In this document: piece by piece, positions 11,920 through 22,443 of the stretch
Layout: every line of letters begins with the position of its first letter
How positions within the stretch are numbered: position 1 is the stretch's first letter
Assembly: GCA_050256935.1 (NCBI GenBank)
Contig: JBLMVY010000122.1
Coordinates: forward strand, 1-47,740
DNA: 47,740 nucleotides
Direction: 5' to 3'
Origin: Candidatus Levyibacteriota bacterium
Lineage (GTDB): Bacteria; Pseudomonadota; Gammaproteobacteria; Burkholderiales; Casimicrobiaceae
Position numbers and translations under genes: made by a program
The notes under the pieces: model-generated
The model's input: the letters and a program-made list of their open reading frames with translations, nothing else
Told to the model about the DNA's origin: nothing
Databases searched by the model: none

Positions 11920-12612
11920 ATGAGAATCGTCGCCATCGACAGTTCGACCGACTGGCTGTCGGTGTGCGCATCCGACGGAAGCCTTGCAGTGGCCTTGCGG
12001 GAGAAGGCCGGGACCGCGTCGTCGGAGCGCGTGCTGCCGCTGGTCGGCCAGGCGCTGGCCGAAGCGGGGTGGACGCTCGCGGAACTGGGCGGCATCGCCT
12101 ACGGTGCCGGTCCCGGGTCGTTCACCGGCATCCGGATCGCCTGCGGCGTGGCCCAGGGCCTCGCGCTGGGCGCCGGACTGCCGGTTTTCGGTGTGCCGAC
12201 GCTGCAGGCGGTCGCCCACGCATGCTGGCGCGCGCACGGGGCGAGGCGCGTGCTCGCCTGTCTCGATGCGCGGATGCGCGAAGTCTACGTCGCGTCCTAC
12301 CTGCGCGAAGGCGACGCATGGCGGCTCGCGAGCGGACCGGCGGTGTGCAAGCCGGAGGCGCTGGGTCCCCCCGCCGCCGGTCCCTGGCAGGGCGCGGGCG
12401 ACGGCTACGCCGCCTATCCTGAGCTCGCCGAGCGTCTGGGCCTCGCCGCCGCGGACCCGGCGATCGCGCCCGATGCGGCCTCGATCGCGGAGCTCGCCCT
12501 GCCTCGATTCGCGGCGGGCGAGGGGTTGCCTGCCGACCAGGCGCAGCCCTTGTACGTTCGTCAGCGCGTCGCATTGACCACGGTCGAACGCGCGGCGGGC
12601 CTGCGGCTCTAG
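11920..12612 (+). CDS. tsaB: t6A biosynthesis protein TsaB
   Basis: [35 protein letters not shown]. Confidence 0.94.
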   Translation: MRIVAIDSSTDWLSVCASDGSLAVALREKAGTASSERVLPLVGQALAEAGWTLAELGGIAYGAGPGSFTGIRIACGVAQGLALGAGLPVFGVPTLQAVAHACWRAHGARRVLACLDARMREVYVASYLREGDAWRLASGPAVCKPEALGPPAAGPWQGAGDGYAAYPELAERLGLAAADPAIAPDAASIAELALPRFAAGEGLPADQAQPLYVRQRVALTTVERAAGLRL

Positions 12613-12622
12613 CGGGGACCCC

Positions 12623-13150
12623 GTGATGGCGACGCTGCCGCAACCCGGGACCTACGCGAGCGAGACGCGTGCGACGGTCGTGTGGCGTCCGATGACCGAG
12701 GACGACCTGCCGGCAATCGCGGCGCTCGAAGCCCGCATCCATGCCGCGCCGTGGTCCGAGGGAAATTTCCGCGATGCGCTGGCGGCCGGCTACTCGATGC
12801 GCGTGGGCGTGCGCGACGGACGCATCGTCGCGTATGGCGTCCTGATGCTGGGGCCCGGCGAGGCGCAGCTGCTCAACCTGTCGGTGATCCCCGAGGCGCG
12901 CCGCGAAGGACTGGGTCGGGCGCTGCTCGCGCAGTTCATCGACGATGCGCGCCGGCTGTCCGCCGAGCAGTTCTTCCTCGAGGTGAGGATCGGGAATCTG
13001 CCCGCGATCGCGTTGTACGAAGCCGCGGGGTTCGCGCCGGTCGCGCGCCGCGCAGGCTACTACCCGCCGACGGTCCCCGGGGACGCGCGCGAGGATGCGC
13101 TGGTCATGCGCTGTCCGCTCGGACTCCCGCCGCGGCGGACCCCCGGCTGA
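12623..13150 (+). CDS. rimI: Ribosomal protein S18 alanine N-acetyltransferase
   Basis: GNAT motif [34 protein letters not shown]; follows tsaB. Confidence 0.9.
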   Translation: MMATLPQPGTYASETRATVVWRPMTEDDLPAIAALEARIHAAPWSEGNFRDALAAGYSMRVGVRDGRIVAYGVLMLGPGEAQLLNLSVIPEARREGLGRALLAQFIDDARRLSAEQFFLEVRIGNLPAIALYEAAGFAPVARRAGYYPPTVPGDAREDALVMRCPLGLPPRRTPG

Positions 13151-13872
13151 TGGCGACGCGCGAGGAGGTCCTGCGCGAGCTGGGGCTCGCGCCGCAATGG
13201 CGGCTGCGGCGCGCGCCGACCGCTGCCGTGGACGTCGCCGAGCGGCGATCTGCCGATGCCCCGGCCGACGATGCCGGCGCGAGGCGGGCGCGCATCGCCG
13301 CGCTGGACGCCGAGGCGCTCGTCGCCGACATCGCAGGCTGCACGGCCTGCGCGCTGTGCCGCACGCGGCGCAACACCGTCCCCGGCGTCGGCGACCCGAA
13401 GGCGCGCTGGATGTTCATCGGCGAAGCCCCCGGTGCCGACGAGGATGCGCAGGGCGAGCCCTTCGTCGGCCAGGCCGGGCGCCTGCTCGACAACATGCTC
13501 GGCGCCCTCGGTCTTGCGCGCACCCACGGCGTCTACATCGCCAATGTGCTCAAGTGCCGGCCGCCGAACAACCGCACGCCGGCACCGCTCGAAGTCGAGG
13601 CCTGCCTGCCGTATCTCGATCGCCAGATCGAGCTCATCGCCCCGACGCTGATCGTCGCGCTGGGCAAGAGCGCGGCGTCGGCGCTGCTTCGCAGCGATGC
13701 TCCGGTTGCGGGCATGCGCAATCGCGTTCACCGCTACCGTGGCATACCGCTGATCGTCACCTACCATCCGGCGTACCTGCTGCGCACGCCGGCCGACAAG
13801 GCGAAGGCCTGGGAGGACCTGCTGTTCGCGCGACGGACGCTGCGCGAAGCGCTCGCTGTCGCGGCGGGATGA
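13150..13872 (+). CDS. Uracil-DNA glycosylase family 4 (Fe-S)
   Basis: [47 protein letters not shown]. Confidence 0.92.
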   Translation: MATREEVLRELGLAPQWRLRRAPTAAVDVAERRSADAPADDAGARRARIAALDAEALVADIAGCTACALCRTRRNTVPGVGDPKARWMFIGEAPGADEDAQGEPFVGQAGRLLDNMLGALGLARTHGVYIANVLKCRPPNNRTPAPLEVEACLPYLDRQIELIAPTLIVALGKSAASALLRSDAPVAGMRNRVHRYRGIPLIVTYHPAYLLRTPADKAKAWEDLLFARRTLREALAVAAG

Positions 13873-13993
13873 TCGCGGTCCGTCGGCCGACGTGTCCCGC
13901 CGTGCCCTTGCTCCCCCTTGCGAAGCTTGCATCGAGGCCGCATATTCCGGCCGGCGGGCCAATCGCCCCGGACTCTCGAATCGGAGGAACGAC

Positions 13994-14635
13994 ATGTTGC
14001 GCAAGCTGGGTATCGTTCTCGCGGCGGTCATGACCCTGGCGCTCGGCGGTTGCGGCTACAACCAGCTGCAGCAGCAGGACGAGGGAATCAAGGCCGCATG
14101 GTCCGAGGTGCTCAACCAGTACCAGCGGCGCGCGGACCTGGTGCCGAACCTGGTCAACACGGTCAAGGGCTACGCGGCCCAGGAGCAGCAGGTGCTGACC
14201 GAGGTGACCAACGCGCGCGCCAACGTCGGCTCGATCAAGGCGACCCCGGAGCTGATCAACGATCCGGAAGCCTTCCAGAAGTTCATCCAGGCGCAGAACC
14301 AGCTGCAGGGCGCGCTGTCGCGCCTGCTGGCGGTCTCCGAGAACTATCCACAGCTCAAATCGGATGCGCTGTTCCGCGACCTGCAATCGCAGCTCGAGGG
14401 GACCGAGAATCGCATCGCGGTGGCGCGCAACCGGTACATCAAGTCCGTCCAGGAATACAACACCACGGTTCGCCAGTTCCCGACCAACCTGACGGCGATG
14501 ATCTTCAAGATGGGCACCAAGCCCAACTTCGCGGTCGCCGACGAGGCGGCCGTCAGCGCGCCGCCCAAGGTCGACTTCGGCAAGGCGGCGCCCGCCGCAC
14601 CGGCCCCGGCGCCCGCCGCGCCCGCGGCCAAATGA
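13994..14635 (+). CDS. lemA: LemA family protein
   Basis: GCGYN, WSEVLNQYQRRADLVPNLV, ENYPQLK, LEGTENRIAVAR; GGAGG RBS. Confidence 0.93.
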   Translation: MLRKLGIVLAAVMTLALGGCGYNQLQQQDEGIKAAWSEVLNQYQRRADLVPNLVNTVKGYAAQEQQVLTEVTNARANVGSIKATPELINDPEAFQKFIQAQNQLQGALSRLLAVSENYPQLKSDALFRDLQSQLEGTENRIAVARNRYIKSVQEYNTTVRQFPTNLTAMIFKMGTKPNFAVADEAAVSAPPKVDFGKAAPAAPAPAPAAPAAK

Positions 14636-14720
14636 AGCTGCAGTAGGGGGCAGCGGGCGGTTGCGCGGTCTCGCGCAACGCTCCCGCGGCCCGCTCTGCG
14701 CATCCTCCTCTGCATTCCCC

Positions 14721-15680
14721 GTGCACATCGTGACCCGCCCGCGATCCTCGCGACCGACGGCCCGGGGCCCGTGGCGTCTGCCGGCAGTGCTGCTGGCGGC
14801 GTTGCTGTGGTTCTTGGCGGCCCCCGTGCAGGCGCAACCCGCCTGGCAGCCGGGCACCGACGGCCTTGCGCCGCTGCCGACGCTGACGGCGCGGGTCACC
14901 GATCTGACCCAGACCCTGACATCCGCCGAGGCGCAGGCGCTGGAGGCCAAGCTCGCCGACTGGGAGCAGCGTACCGGCAATCAGCTGGTGGTCGCGATCG
15001 TGCCGTCGACCGCGCCGGAGACCATCGAGAGCTATTCGATTCGCCTTGCCGACGCCTGGAAGATCGGACACAAGGGCCAGGACAACGGTGCGATCTTCCT
15101 GATCGCCAAGAACGACCGGAAGATGCGCATCGAGGTGGGCTACGGTCTCGAAGGCGTCCTGACCGACGTGACCTCGCATCGCATCATCACCGAGACCGTG
15201 GCGCCGCTGTTCCAGCAGGGCCGGTTCGCCCAGGGGATCGATGCCGGCGTCGACCGGATCATCTCGGTCGTCGGCTCGGGCGCGCCCCTTCCCGCACGGC
15301 AGGCCCCGGCGCGACCGTCGAACGGCTTCGACTTCCAGACCCTGCTGATCCTGCTGTTCGTCGTCGTGCCGGTGATCGGCGGGATCCTGTCGCGCATCTT
15401 CGGACGTGCCCTGGGATCGACCATCGGCGGGGGCGTCATCGGTCTCGGGGCATGGGCCCTCGCGGGGTCGATCGCGATCGCGCTCGGCGCCGGTGTCATT
15501 GCGTTCCTGGTGATGCTGCTGTTCGGTGTCGCGGGCGGGATCGGCCGGCGGGGTGGTACCTGGATTCCGACGGGCGGGTGGGGCGGAGGCGGCTTTGGCG
15601 GAGGCGGCTTCGGCGGCGGCGGGGGCTTCTCGGGCGGCGGCGGCGGCTTCGGCGGCGGCGGCTCGTCGGGAAGCTGGTAG
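14721..15680 (+). CDS. TPM domain protein (YgcG-like) with Gly-rich tail
   Basis: RVTDLTQTL, WKIG.KG.DNGAIFLIA..DRKMRIEVGYGLEG.L.D, C-terminal GGGFSGGGGGFGGGGSSGSW; start uncertain. Confidence 0.88.
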   Translation: MHIVTRPRSSRPTARGPWRLPAVLLAALLWFLAAPVQAQPAWQPGTDGLAPLPTLTARVTDLTQTLTSAEAQALEAKLADWEQRTGNQLVVAIVPSTAPETIESYSIRLADAWKIGHKGQDNGAIFLIAKNDRKMRIEVGYGLEGVLTDVTSHRIITETVAPLFQQGRFAQGIDAGVDRIISVVGSGAPLPARQAPARPSNGFDFQTLLILLFVVVPVIGGILSRIFGRALGSTIGGGVIGLGAWALAGSIAIALGAGVIAFLVMLLFGVAGGIGRRGGTWIPTGGWGGGGFGGGGFGGGGGFSGGGGGFGGGGSSGSW

Positions 15681-15684
15681 CGCG

Positions 15685-16194
15685 ATGCCCGTATCCCACG
15701 CCAAGCGCTTGTGGCGCCACCTCGTCACCGACCACCTGTCGGTGCGCCGGGCGTTTCCCAAGGCGGCGCTCGCGCGCATCGAGCAGGCGATCGCCGCCGG
15801 CGAGCGAACGCATCGCGGCCAGGTCTGTTTCGCGGTCGAGGGCTCTTTGCACCCGATGCACGTGCTGCGCAGGCTCACGCCGCGCGAGCGGGCGCTCGAG
15901 GTCTTCGGCTTGCTGCGCGTCTGGGACACCGAGGAGAATTCCGGCGTCCTGATCTACCTGCTGCTGGCCGACCGCGACGTCGAGATCGTCGCCGACCGGG
16001 GCATCGACCATGCCGCCGGGGCGGCGGCGTGGCACGCGATATCCACCCACATGGAATCCGCCTTTTCCCGGGGCGAGTACGTCGACGGCGTCGTGCGCGG
16101 AATCGACGAAGTCTGCCTGCTGCTCGCCCGGCATTTCCCGCGGGGCGCCGCGGCGGGCGTGAACGAGCTGCCCGACAAGCCCGTCGTCCTCTGA
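15685..16194 (+). CDS. TPM domain protein
   Basis: RVWDTEENSGVLIYLLLADRDVEIVADRGI, NELPDKP; third gene of the lemA-TPM-TPM cluster. Confidence 0.88.
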   Translation: MPVSHAKRLWRHLVTDHLSVRRAFPKAALARIEQAIAAGERTHRGQVCFAVEGSLHPMHVLRRLTPRERALEVFGLLRVWDTEENSGVLIYLLLADRDVEIVADRGIDHAAGAAAWHAISTHMESAFSRGEYVDGVVRGIDEVCLLLARHFPRGAAAGVNELPDKPVVL

Positions 16195-16332
16195 CCCGCG
16201 GGTCGACCGCTTCGGGGGCCCTTCCGGCGCCTCCGGCACCCCCTGCGCATCCTCCATGGCGCCGCCGCGAGGCGGCGTCGCCGATTCTGCAACACGGCCG
16301 GGCCCCGGCAGCCGCCCAAACCCACGGATTCA

Positions 16333-16360
16333 TTGACGCTGGCAGCGAAATTGCTATGCT
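16333..16360 (+). promoter_or_regulatory. Putative sigma70 promoter for the IPTL-CTERM gene
   Basis: TTGACG, 16 nt spacer, TATGCT preceded by TGn. Confidence 0.55.
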
Positions 16361-16430
16361 CCCCGGTTAACAACAGGACGGTGTGTGGCAGTCGAGCAAT
16401 TCGTAGTCCAACAACCGCGACAAGGGAGCA

Positions 16431-17246
16431 ATGATGGGAATGTCTTTCTGCAGGCGGCTGGGCATGGCCGCGCTGGCATCCGGGATGTTGATTGCCGGCA
16501 GCGCGATGGCGGCGAACGTTGCGCTGTACGCCGACACCACCTACGTCGATTACACGCCCCCCGCGACCTCCAGCGAGGCCTACAACATGCAGGTCGCCCT
16601 GACGGCGATGGGGCACACGGTGACGACGTTCACCGGAACCTCCGGCGCCGCGTGGACCAGCGCGCTCGCGGGGGCGCAGGTGCTGGTCGTGCCGGAGCAG
16701 GAGAACGGGCAGATCGCCGGCAATCTCGCCGGGGCGGCGGTGACCGCGATCCAGAACTTCGTCAACACCGGGGGGATCCTGATCGTCGGCGAGGATTACT
16801 CGGGGATCCTGTTCCTCAACAGCGTGTTCGGCTATTCGATCGCATTCACCACCGGGAACGCATCGACCATTACCGCCGCTGCGGCCAGCACGGTATTCGC
16901 GGGCGGCCCTGCCTCGCTGACCGACAACAACGCCACCGGAGGCTATGCCACGTCGTCGCTGCCGGCGGGCGGCCTGTGCGCCTACGCCAGCGGCACCGAC
17001 TGCATGGTCTTCCAGATCAACCAGGGGTCGGGAAAGATCTTCCAGCTCGGCTACGACTTCTTCGACGCGGTGCCCAACGGCACCCAGGACGGCGGCTGGA
17101 ACGCGGTGCTGGCGCTCGCGTCTGGCGGCGCCGGTCCCACCGGTCCGGTCGCGGTGCCGACGCTGTCCGAGTACGGGATCGCGCTGCTCGGCCTGATCCT
17201 CGCGGCGGCGGCGGCCTTGTCGCTGCGGCAGCGCCGGTTCGGCTGA
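16431..17246 (+). CDS. Secreted protein with IPTL-CTERM-type C-terminal sorting signal
   Basis: Signal peptide ending AMA-A; C-terminus VPTLSEYGIALLGLILAAAAALSLRQRR (motif, TM helix, basic cluster); GGGAG RBS. Confidence 0.8.
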   Translation: MMGMSFCRRLGMAALASGMLIAGSAMAANVALYADTTYVDYTPPATSSEAYNMQVALTAMGHTVTTFTGTSGAAWTSALAGAQVLVVPEQENGQIAGNLAGAAVTAIQNFVNTGGILIVGEDYSGILFLNSVFGYSIAFTTGNASTITAAAASTVFAGGPASLTDNNATGGYATSSLPAGGLCAYASGTDCMVFQINQGSGKIFQLGYDFFDAVPNGTQDGGWNAVLALASGGAGPTGPVAVPTLSEYGIALLGLILAAAAALSLRQRRFG

Positions 17247-17260
17247 CCGCATTCGCAGGA

Positions 17261-17291
17261 CGGGCCGGACGCCCCGACGGGCGCCGGCCCG
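17261..17291. terminator. GC-rich hairpin between convergent genes
   Basis: CGGGCCGG-a-CGCCC-cgac-GGGCG-CCGGCCCG; no clear U tract. Confidence 0.35.
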
Positions 17292-17376
17292 GCATCGCTT
17301 CTTACCCCGGCCGCTCGCCGGCGGCGATCCGCCTTCCCCCGGGGTCACCCCTGGGTTTCGCTCACTTCCCCGTCCA

Positions 17377-18654
17377 CTACCCTTCGGAACCGGCGGGCTT
17401 GTCGACGCCCACCAGGTGCAGGGAATCGTACTGCGCCTGATTCAGCCGGTGCCGCCACATGACGAGCAGCATCGTGCAGGTGACGAAGGTCCCGAACAGG
17501 ATCACCGCCGAGCCGATCGAGAGCCCCATGCGGACCATCAGCGCGTAGAGCCCGACCATCAGGAGGATGCCGATGTTCTCGTTGAAGTTCTGGACGGCGA
17601 TGGAGTGACCGGCGCCCATCAGCACGTGTCCGCGATGCTGCAGCAGCGCGTTCATCGGCACGACGAAGAAGCCCGCGCAGGCGCCGATGGTGATCATCAG
17701 CACCACTGCGAGCGGAACGTAGCTGACGAAGATCATCACCATCACGACCACGCCCATGGCGGCCCCGAAGGGGAGCACGTTGACCGAGCCGCGGAGCGTG
17801 ACGAACTTCGCGGCGAGCACCGCGCCCAGCGCAATGCCGACGGCGACGACGCCCTGCAGCATCGATGCCTGCGACAGGTCGAGCTTCAGCGCGTGCGCCG
17901 CCCAGTCGATGACGATGAACTGCAGCGTGGCACCCGCGCCCCAGAACAGCGTCGTGGTCGCGAGCGTGATCTGCCCCAGCCGGTCGCGCCACAGCAGCCC
18001 GACGCAGTGGGAGAACTCCCGCACCAGGTAGACCGGGTTCTTGCTGGGGACGCGGTGATCGACGCCGGTGTCGGGAATGAAGGCGTTGATGATGGCGGCG
18101 ACGAAGTAGAGGGAAATGATGACCGAGATCGCCGCCTCGGGGGCCGTGTTGATCGGCAGGTCGATGACCGGAAGGTCGAAGCCCAGCAGGATGGTCGACA
18201 CCCGCGGCGTGATCAGGGCGCCGCCCAGCAGCACGCCCATGATGATCGACCCGACCGTGGCGCCTTCGATCCAGCCGTTGGCGACCACCAGCTGCTGCGG
18301 CGGCAGCAGCTCGGTCAGGATGCCGTACTTGGCCGGCGAGTAGGCGGCCGCCCCGAGCCCGACCACCGCATACGCCAGCAGCGGGTGGACGGCGAACAGC
18401 ATCATCGAGCAGCCGACGATCTTGATCGCGTTGGTGATCAGCATCACCCGGCCCTTGGGCATCGAGTCCGCGAACGCGCCGACCAGCGGCGCCAGGACGA
18501 CGTAGGACACGACGAAGCTCTGCTTGAGGGCCGGCGTCATCCACGGCGGCTCCTGCAGCTCGCGCAGCAGCGCGATGGCGGCGATCAGCAGCGCATTGTC
18601 GGCGAGTGACGAGAAGAACTGCGCCGCGATGATGGTGTAGAAGCCGCGTTTCAT
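17377..18654 (-). CDS. lplT: Lysophospholipid transporter LplT (MFS)
   Basis: FYTIIAAQFFSSLADNALL, AAAYSPAKYGILTE, AGHSIAVQNFNEN. Confidence 0.92.
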   Translation of the reverse strand: MKRGFYTIIAAQFFSSLADNALLIAAIALLRELQEPPWMTPALKQSFVVSYVVLAPLVGAFADSMPKGRVMLITNAIKIVGCSMMLFAVHPLLAYAVVGLGAAAYSPAKYGILTELLPPQQLVVANGWIEGATVGSIIMGVLLGGALITPRVSTILLGFDLPVIDLPINTAPEAAISVIISLYFVAAIINAFIPDTGVDHRVPSKNPVYLVREFSHCVGLLWRDRLGQITLATTTLFWGAGATLQFIVIDWAAHALKLDLSQASMLQGVVAVGIALGAVLAAKFVTLRGSVNVLPFGAAMGVVVMVMIFVSYVPLAVVLMITIGACAGFFVVPMNALLQHRGHVLMGAGHSIAVQNFNENIGILLMVGLYALMVRMGLSIGSAVILFGTFVTCTMLLVMWRHRLNQAQYDSLHLVGVDKPAGSEG

Positions 18655-18922
18655 GGACTCGTAGTGGCCGCGCGCGCTTGACGCGGCGAATCCGTCACGC
18701 TCCGCATCGGTCGGTCGCGACGCGTTCCGGGAGGGCGGCGTCGGCGGCGGTTGGGCGTTCGATTGTTATAATGCGAAGGCGTTGCGCGGCCCGCGCTTTA
18801 TACCACGTTTGCGCAGGGCCGCCCCGGCGCCGCGCAACCGCCTGCGCCGCGGCCGACCCGTGGCTGCGGGTGTTGGCGACGGCCCGGCGCCCACCGACAC
18901 CACGCCGCATATCCGGATTCGC

Positions 18923-20023
18923 ATGGCCCGCCCGCTCGTTGCGCACGTCGACCTTCGCGCGCTGACCGGCAATCTCGCCCGCGTCCGGGTGCTTGCGCCG
19001 GGCGCCGCCGTGCGCGCCGTCGTCAAGGCGAACGCCTACGGGCATGGGCTCGCCCGCGTTTTGCCCGCCCTCGACGACGCCGACGGCCTGGCGCTGATCG
19101 AGGTCGACGCCGCCGTCGGCCTGCGCGACGCCGGCTACCGGCGGCCGATCCTCCTGCTCGAGGGATTCTTCGACGAGCGCGAGCTCGACGCGATCGCCGG
19201 GCGCTCGCTCTCCGTCGTCGTCCACGATGCCGAGCAGCTGCGCATGCTCGAGCGGGCGAGGCTTCCCTCCCCGATCGAGATCTGGGTCAAGGTCAACACC
19301 GGGATGAACCGCCTGGGGCTCGCGCCACACGAGGTGGCGCAGGCCTGCGCGCGGCTGGAGGCGACGGGCGCGGCGGCGGTGCTGCGCGTGATGACGCATT
19401 TCGCCGCGGCCGACGAGGCGGAGGGCGTCGCCGGCCCGCGTGCGCGCTTCGACGAAGCCTGCCGCGGCCTGCCGTACGCGCGATCGCTCGCCAATTCGGC
19501 GGGCGTGTTCCGGTATGGCGAGGTCGGGGGTGATATCGTGCGTCCGGGAATCATGCTCTACGGCGCGACGCCGTTCGCCGACCGCAGCGCCGCCGCGCTG
19601 GGCCTGCTCCCGGCGATGACGCTGCGCTCGAGGCTCATCGGCGTGCAGACGCTTCGCGCCGGCGATGGTGTCGGCTATGGCGCGACCTTCACCGCGACGG
19701 GGCCGATGCGCATCGGCGTCGTCGCCTGCGGGTATGCCGATGGCTATCCGCGGCACGCGCCGAACGGAACCCCGGTGATCGTCGAAGGACGCCGGGTGCC
19801 GCTGGCGGGGCGGGTGTCGATGGACATGCTGACCGTCGACCTGACGGACGTTCCGCAGGCCGGCGTCGGCAGCGAGGTCGTGCTGTGGGGCGAGGGCCTG
19901 CCGGTCGACGAGGTCGCTGCGGCGGCGGGCACGATAGGCTACGAGCTGCTGTGCGCGGTGGCGCCGCGCGTCGCCTTCACGACGACGTCGCCGCCGCAGG
20001 GCGCCGCGAAATTCGGGGAGTGA
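18923..20023 (+). CDS. alr: Alanine racemase
   Basis: [14 protein letters not shown]-lysine motif, [34 protein letters not shown]. Confidence 0.95.
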   Translation: MARPLVAHVDLRALTGNLARVRVLAPGAAVRAVVKANAYGHGLARVLPALDDADGLALIEVDAAVGLRDAGYRRPILLLEGFFDERELDAIAGRSLSVVVHDAEQLRMLERARLPSPIEIWVKVNTGMNRLGLAPHEVAQACARLEATGAAAVLRVMTHFAAADEAEGVAGPRARFDEACRGLPYARSLANSAGVFRYGEVGGDIVRPGIMLYGATPFADRSAAALGLLPAMTLRSRLIGVQTLRAGDGVGYGATFTATGPMRIGVVACGYADGYPRHAPNGTPVIVEGRRVPLAGRVSMDMLTVDLTDVPQAGVGSEVVLWGEGLPVDEVAAAAGTIGYELLCAVAPRVAFTTTSPPQGAAKFGE

Positions 20024-21033
20024 ACGTGTACATCGTCGTCACCGGCGCTGCCGGATTCATCGGGGCCAGCATCGTCAAGGCCCTCAATGCCCAGGGCGAG
20101 ACCGACATCATCGCCGTCGACAACCTGACGCGCGCCGACAAGTTCCGCAACCTGGTCGACTGCGAGATCGCCGACTACATCGACAAGGAAGAGTTCATCC
20201 TGCGCATCGGCAACGGCGAGTTCGACGACGATGTCTCCGCACTGTTCCACCAGGGTGCTTGCTCGGACACGATGGAGTCCGACGGCCGGTACATGATGCG
20301 CAACAACTACCGGTATTCGGTGACGCTGCTCCAGCACTGCCAGGACAACGACATCCCGTTCCTGTATGCGTCGAGCGCGTCGGTCTATGGCGCGGGGACG
20401 GTCTTCCGCGAGGAGCGCGAGCACGAGGCGCCGCTCAACGTCTACGGCTACTCGAAATACCTGTTCGACGAATGCGTGCGCCGCGTTCTGCCCGAGCGCA
20501 CCGCGCAGATCGCGGGGTTCCGCTACTTCAACGTCTACGGCCCGCGCGAGCAGCACAAGGGGCGCATGGCGTCGGTGGCGCTGCATTTCTTCGAGCAGTA
20601 CCGCCGCGAGGGCCGGGTGCGGCTGTTCCAGGGCTCGGGGGGGTATCCGGACGGCGAGCAGCGGCGCGATTTCATCCACGTCGACGACGTCGTCGCCGTC
20701 AACCTCGACTTCTGGCGCAACCCCGGGCGCTCGGGCATCTTCAACCTCGGCACCGGCAACGCCGCGCCCTTCAACGCGGTCGCCGTGGCGACGATCAACG
20801 CCTGCCGCAGCGCCGTCGGCGATCCGCCGCGCACGCTCGAGGAACTGCAGCGCGACGGCGCGATCGAGTACGTCCCGATGCCCGAAGCGCTGGTCGGCAA
20901 GTACCAGAGTTTCACCCAGGCCGACATGACGCGGCTGCGCGCAGCCGGCTATGCGTCGCCGATGCTGACGGTGGAGCAGGGCGTTGCGCGCTACGTCGAA
21001 AGTCTGATGTCCCGGCCGGAATCCGCTTCGTAA
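20020..21033 (+). CDS. hldD: ADP-L-glycero-D-manno-heptose 6-epimerase
   Basis: [55 protein letters not shown]; GTG start overlaps the alr stop. Confidence 0.95.
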   Translation: MNVYIVVTGAAGFIGASIVKALNAQGETDIIAVDNLTRADKFRNLVDCEIADYIDKEEFILRIGNGEFDDDVSALFHQGACSDTMESDGRYMMRNNYRYSVTLLQHCQDNDIPFLYASSASVYGAGTVFREEREHEAPLNVYGYSKYLFDECVRRVLPERTAQIAGFRYFNVYGPREQHKGRMASVALHFFEQYRREGRVRLFQGSGGYPDGEQRRDFIHVDDVVAVNLDFWRNPGRSGIFNLGTGNAAPFNAVAVATINACRSAVGDPPRTLEELQRDGAIEYVPMPEALVGKYQSFTQADMTRLRAAGYASPMLTVEQGVARYVESLMSRPESAS

Positions 21034-21116
21034 GCTGGCGTTGCGTACGCGCCCTCGCGCAGGCGATGTCCTGGCGGGGCGCGACGACATCCGTCAACCG
21101 TCGAAGGAGATCCGCC

Positions 21117-21437
21117 ATGATCCGTCTCGTCCCTGCGATCGCATTCGCGTTCGCGTCCCACGCCGCATTCGCCGCCGTCGACCTCAACACCGCCACCATG
21201 GAAGAGCTCGTCGCAGTGTCGGGCATCGGCCCCGCGAAGGCGCAGGCGATCCTCGACTACCGCGCCCTGCACGGCGCCTTCAAGTCGGTCGACGAGCTGA
21301 AGTCGGTGAAGGGCATCGGCGCCAAGCAGCTCGAAAAGCTCAGGCCCGAGCTGACGGTCGCCACGGCGTCGGCCAAGGGGAGCCCGCGCCAGGAGGCGAA
21401 GACGGCCGGCAAGGGCGAGTCCAAGGCGCGCAAGTAG
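21117..21437 (+). CDS. comEA: ComEA family HhH DNA-binding protein (copy 1)
   Basis: Signal peptide, [26 protein letters not shown]...FKSVDEL..VKGIG; AAGGAG RBS. Confidence 0.88.
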   Translation: MIRLVPAIAFAFASHAAFAAVDLNTATMEELVAVSGIGPAKAQAILDYRALHGAFKSVDELKSVKGIGAKQLEKLRPELTVATASAKGSPRQEAKTAGKGESKARK

Positions 21438-21610
21438 GCGCCGCGCCCGCGGCAGGCGCAATCGTTTGCGTGTCGCTGCGAGCGGGGGATGGTCGGCCGG
21501 GGTCAACCCCCGGCCCGGATGGCGCGTTTAGGGCACACCGGCAGGAGATCCCGCAGGTCCGGCCGGTGCGTTGCGGCATACCGCACATCCCATCCCCCAC
21601 GGAGAACGAC

Positions 21611-22264
21611 ATGAAACGGCTCTTGCTGGCATTCGCGCTGCTGCTCGCTTCCAGCCTCGCGCTTGCCGCGGTCAACATCAACACCGCGACCAAGGAAGAA
21701 CTCGAGGCGCTGCCCGGCATCGGTCCGGTCAAGGCGCAGGCGATCATCGACTACCGCAACGCCAACGGGCCGTTCAAGTCGCCCGAGGATGTCATGAAGG
21801 TCAAGGGCATCAAGGAAGGCGAGTTCGGCAAGCTCCAGGGCGAGATCTCGGTCTCCGGACGGACGACCCTTCCGGCCGGCGCCAAGAAGGCCGAACCCGC
21901 GGCAGGTGGCTCGATGCGCGCGGCGACACCCGCGCCGGCCGCCCCCGCGGCCGCCCCGGCACCCGCTCCCGTTGCCAAGCCGGCGACCACGGCACCTGCC
22001 AGGGCCACGTCCGCCCAGGAGGAGCCGGCCAAGGCGACCAAGGCGACGACCAAGGAAGAGAAGGCGGCCAAGGCGAAGGCCGACAAGGAAGCCAAGGCCA
22101 AGGCCAAGGAAGAGAAGGCGGCCAAGGCCAAGGCCGACAAGGAAGCCAAGGCCGCCAAGGCAAGCCCACCCAAGGCGGCCAAGGAAAGGACGACCAAGGA
22201 AACGAAGACCACGAAGGAAAAGACCGCCAAGGAAGCGGCGAGCGCCGACAAGGCGTCGAAGTAG
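21611..22264 (+). CDS. comEA: ComEA family HhH DNA-binding protein (copy 2) with long Pro/Ala then Lys/Ala/Glu-rich tail
   Basis: Signal peptide, [29 protein letters not shown]...[13 protein letters not shown], then a low-complexity tail of more than 100 aa; GGAG RBS. Confidence 0.88.
   Translation: MKRLLLAFALLLASSLALAAVNINTATKEELEALPGIGPVKAQAIIDYRNANGPFKSPEDVMKVKGIKEGEFGKLQGEISVSGRTTLPAGAKKAEPAAGGSMRAATPAPAAPAAAPAPAPVAKPATTAPARATSAQEEPAKATKATTKEEKAAKAKADKEAKAKAKEEKAAKAKADKEAKAAKASPPKAAKERTTKETKTTKEKTAKEAASADKASK
22051..22153 (+). repeat. 54-nt tandem repeat (about 1.9 copies) inside comEA copy 2
   Basis: caaggaagagaaggcggccaagg... begins at 22051 and 22105, encoding [16 protein letters not shown] twice. 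Confidence 0.85.
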
Positions 22265-22365
22265 CCGGCGGTCCGCGTCGGACGGGGGGTACCGCAAGGC
22301 CTCGCCCGCTGGCGCGACGCCTGCAGGCGCAACCCGCCGGCTTCCGCCCGGCGCGCGCCGACCCG

Positions 22366-22398
22366 CGAATCCCGCCCCGGTGGCGGGATTCGTCTTTG
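22366..22398 (+). terminator. Rho-independent terminator after comEA copy 2
   Basis: CGAATCCCGCC-ccggt-GGCGGGATTCG followed by TCTTT. Confidence 0.7.
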
Positions 22399-22443
22399 CG
22401 GCGCCCCGGCAAGCAGCCGGCATCGCTCCGCTACAATGCCCCG

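Noticed and set aside
15570-15680. GGC-rich low-complexity tract
   Set aside because: It encodes the normal Gly-rich tail of YgcG/TPM proteins.
13994-16194. lemA-TPM-TPM cluster as a novel system
   Set aside because: This is a widespread, already described gene arrangement.
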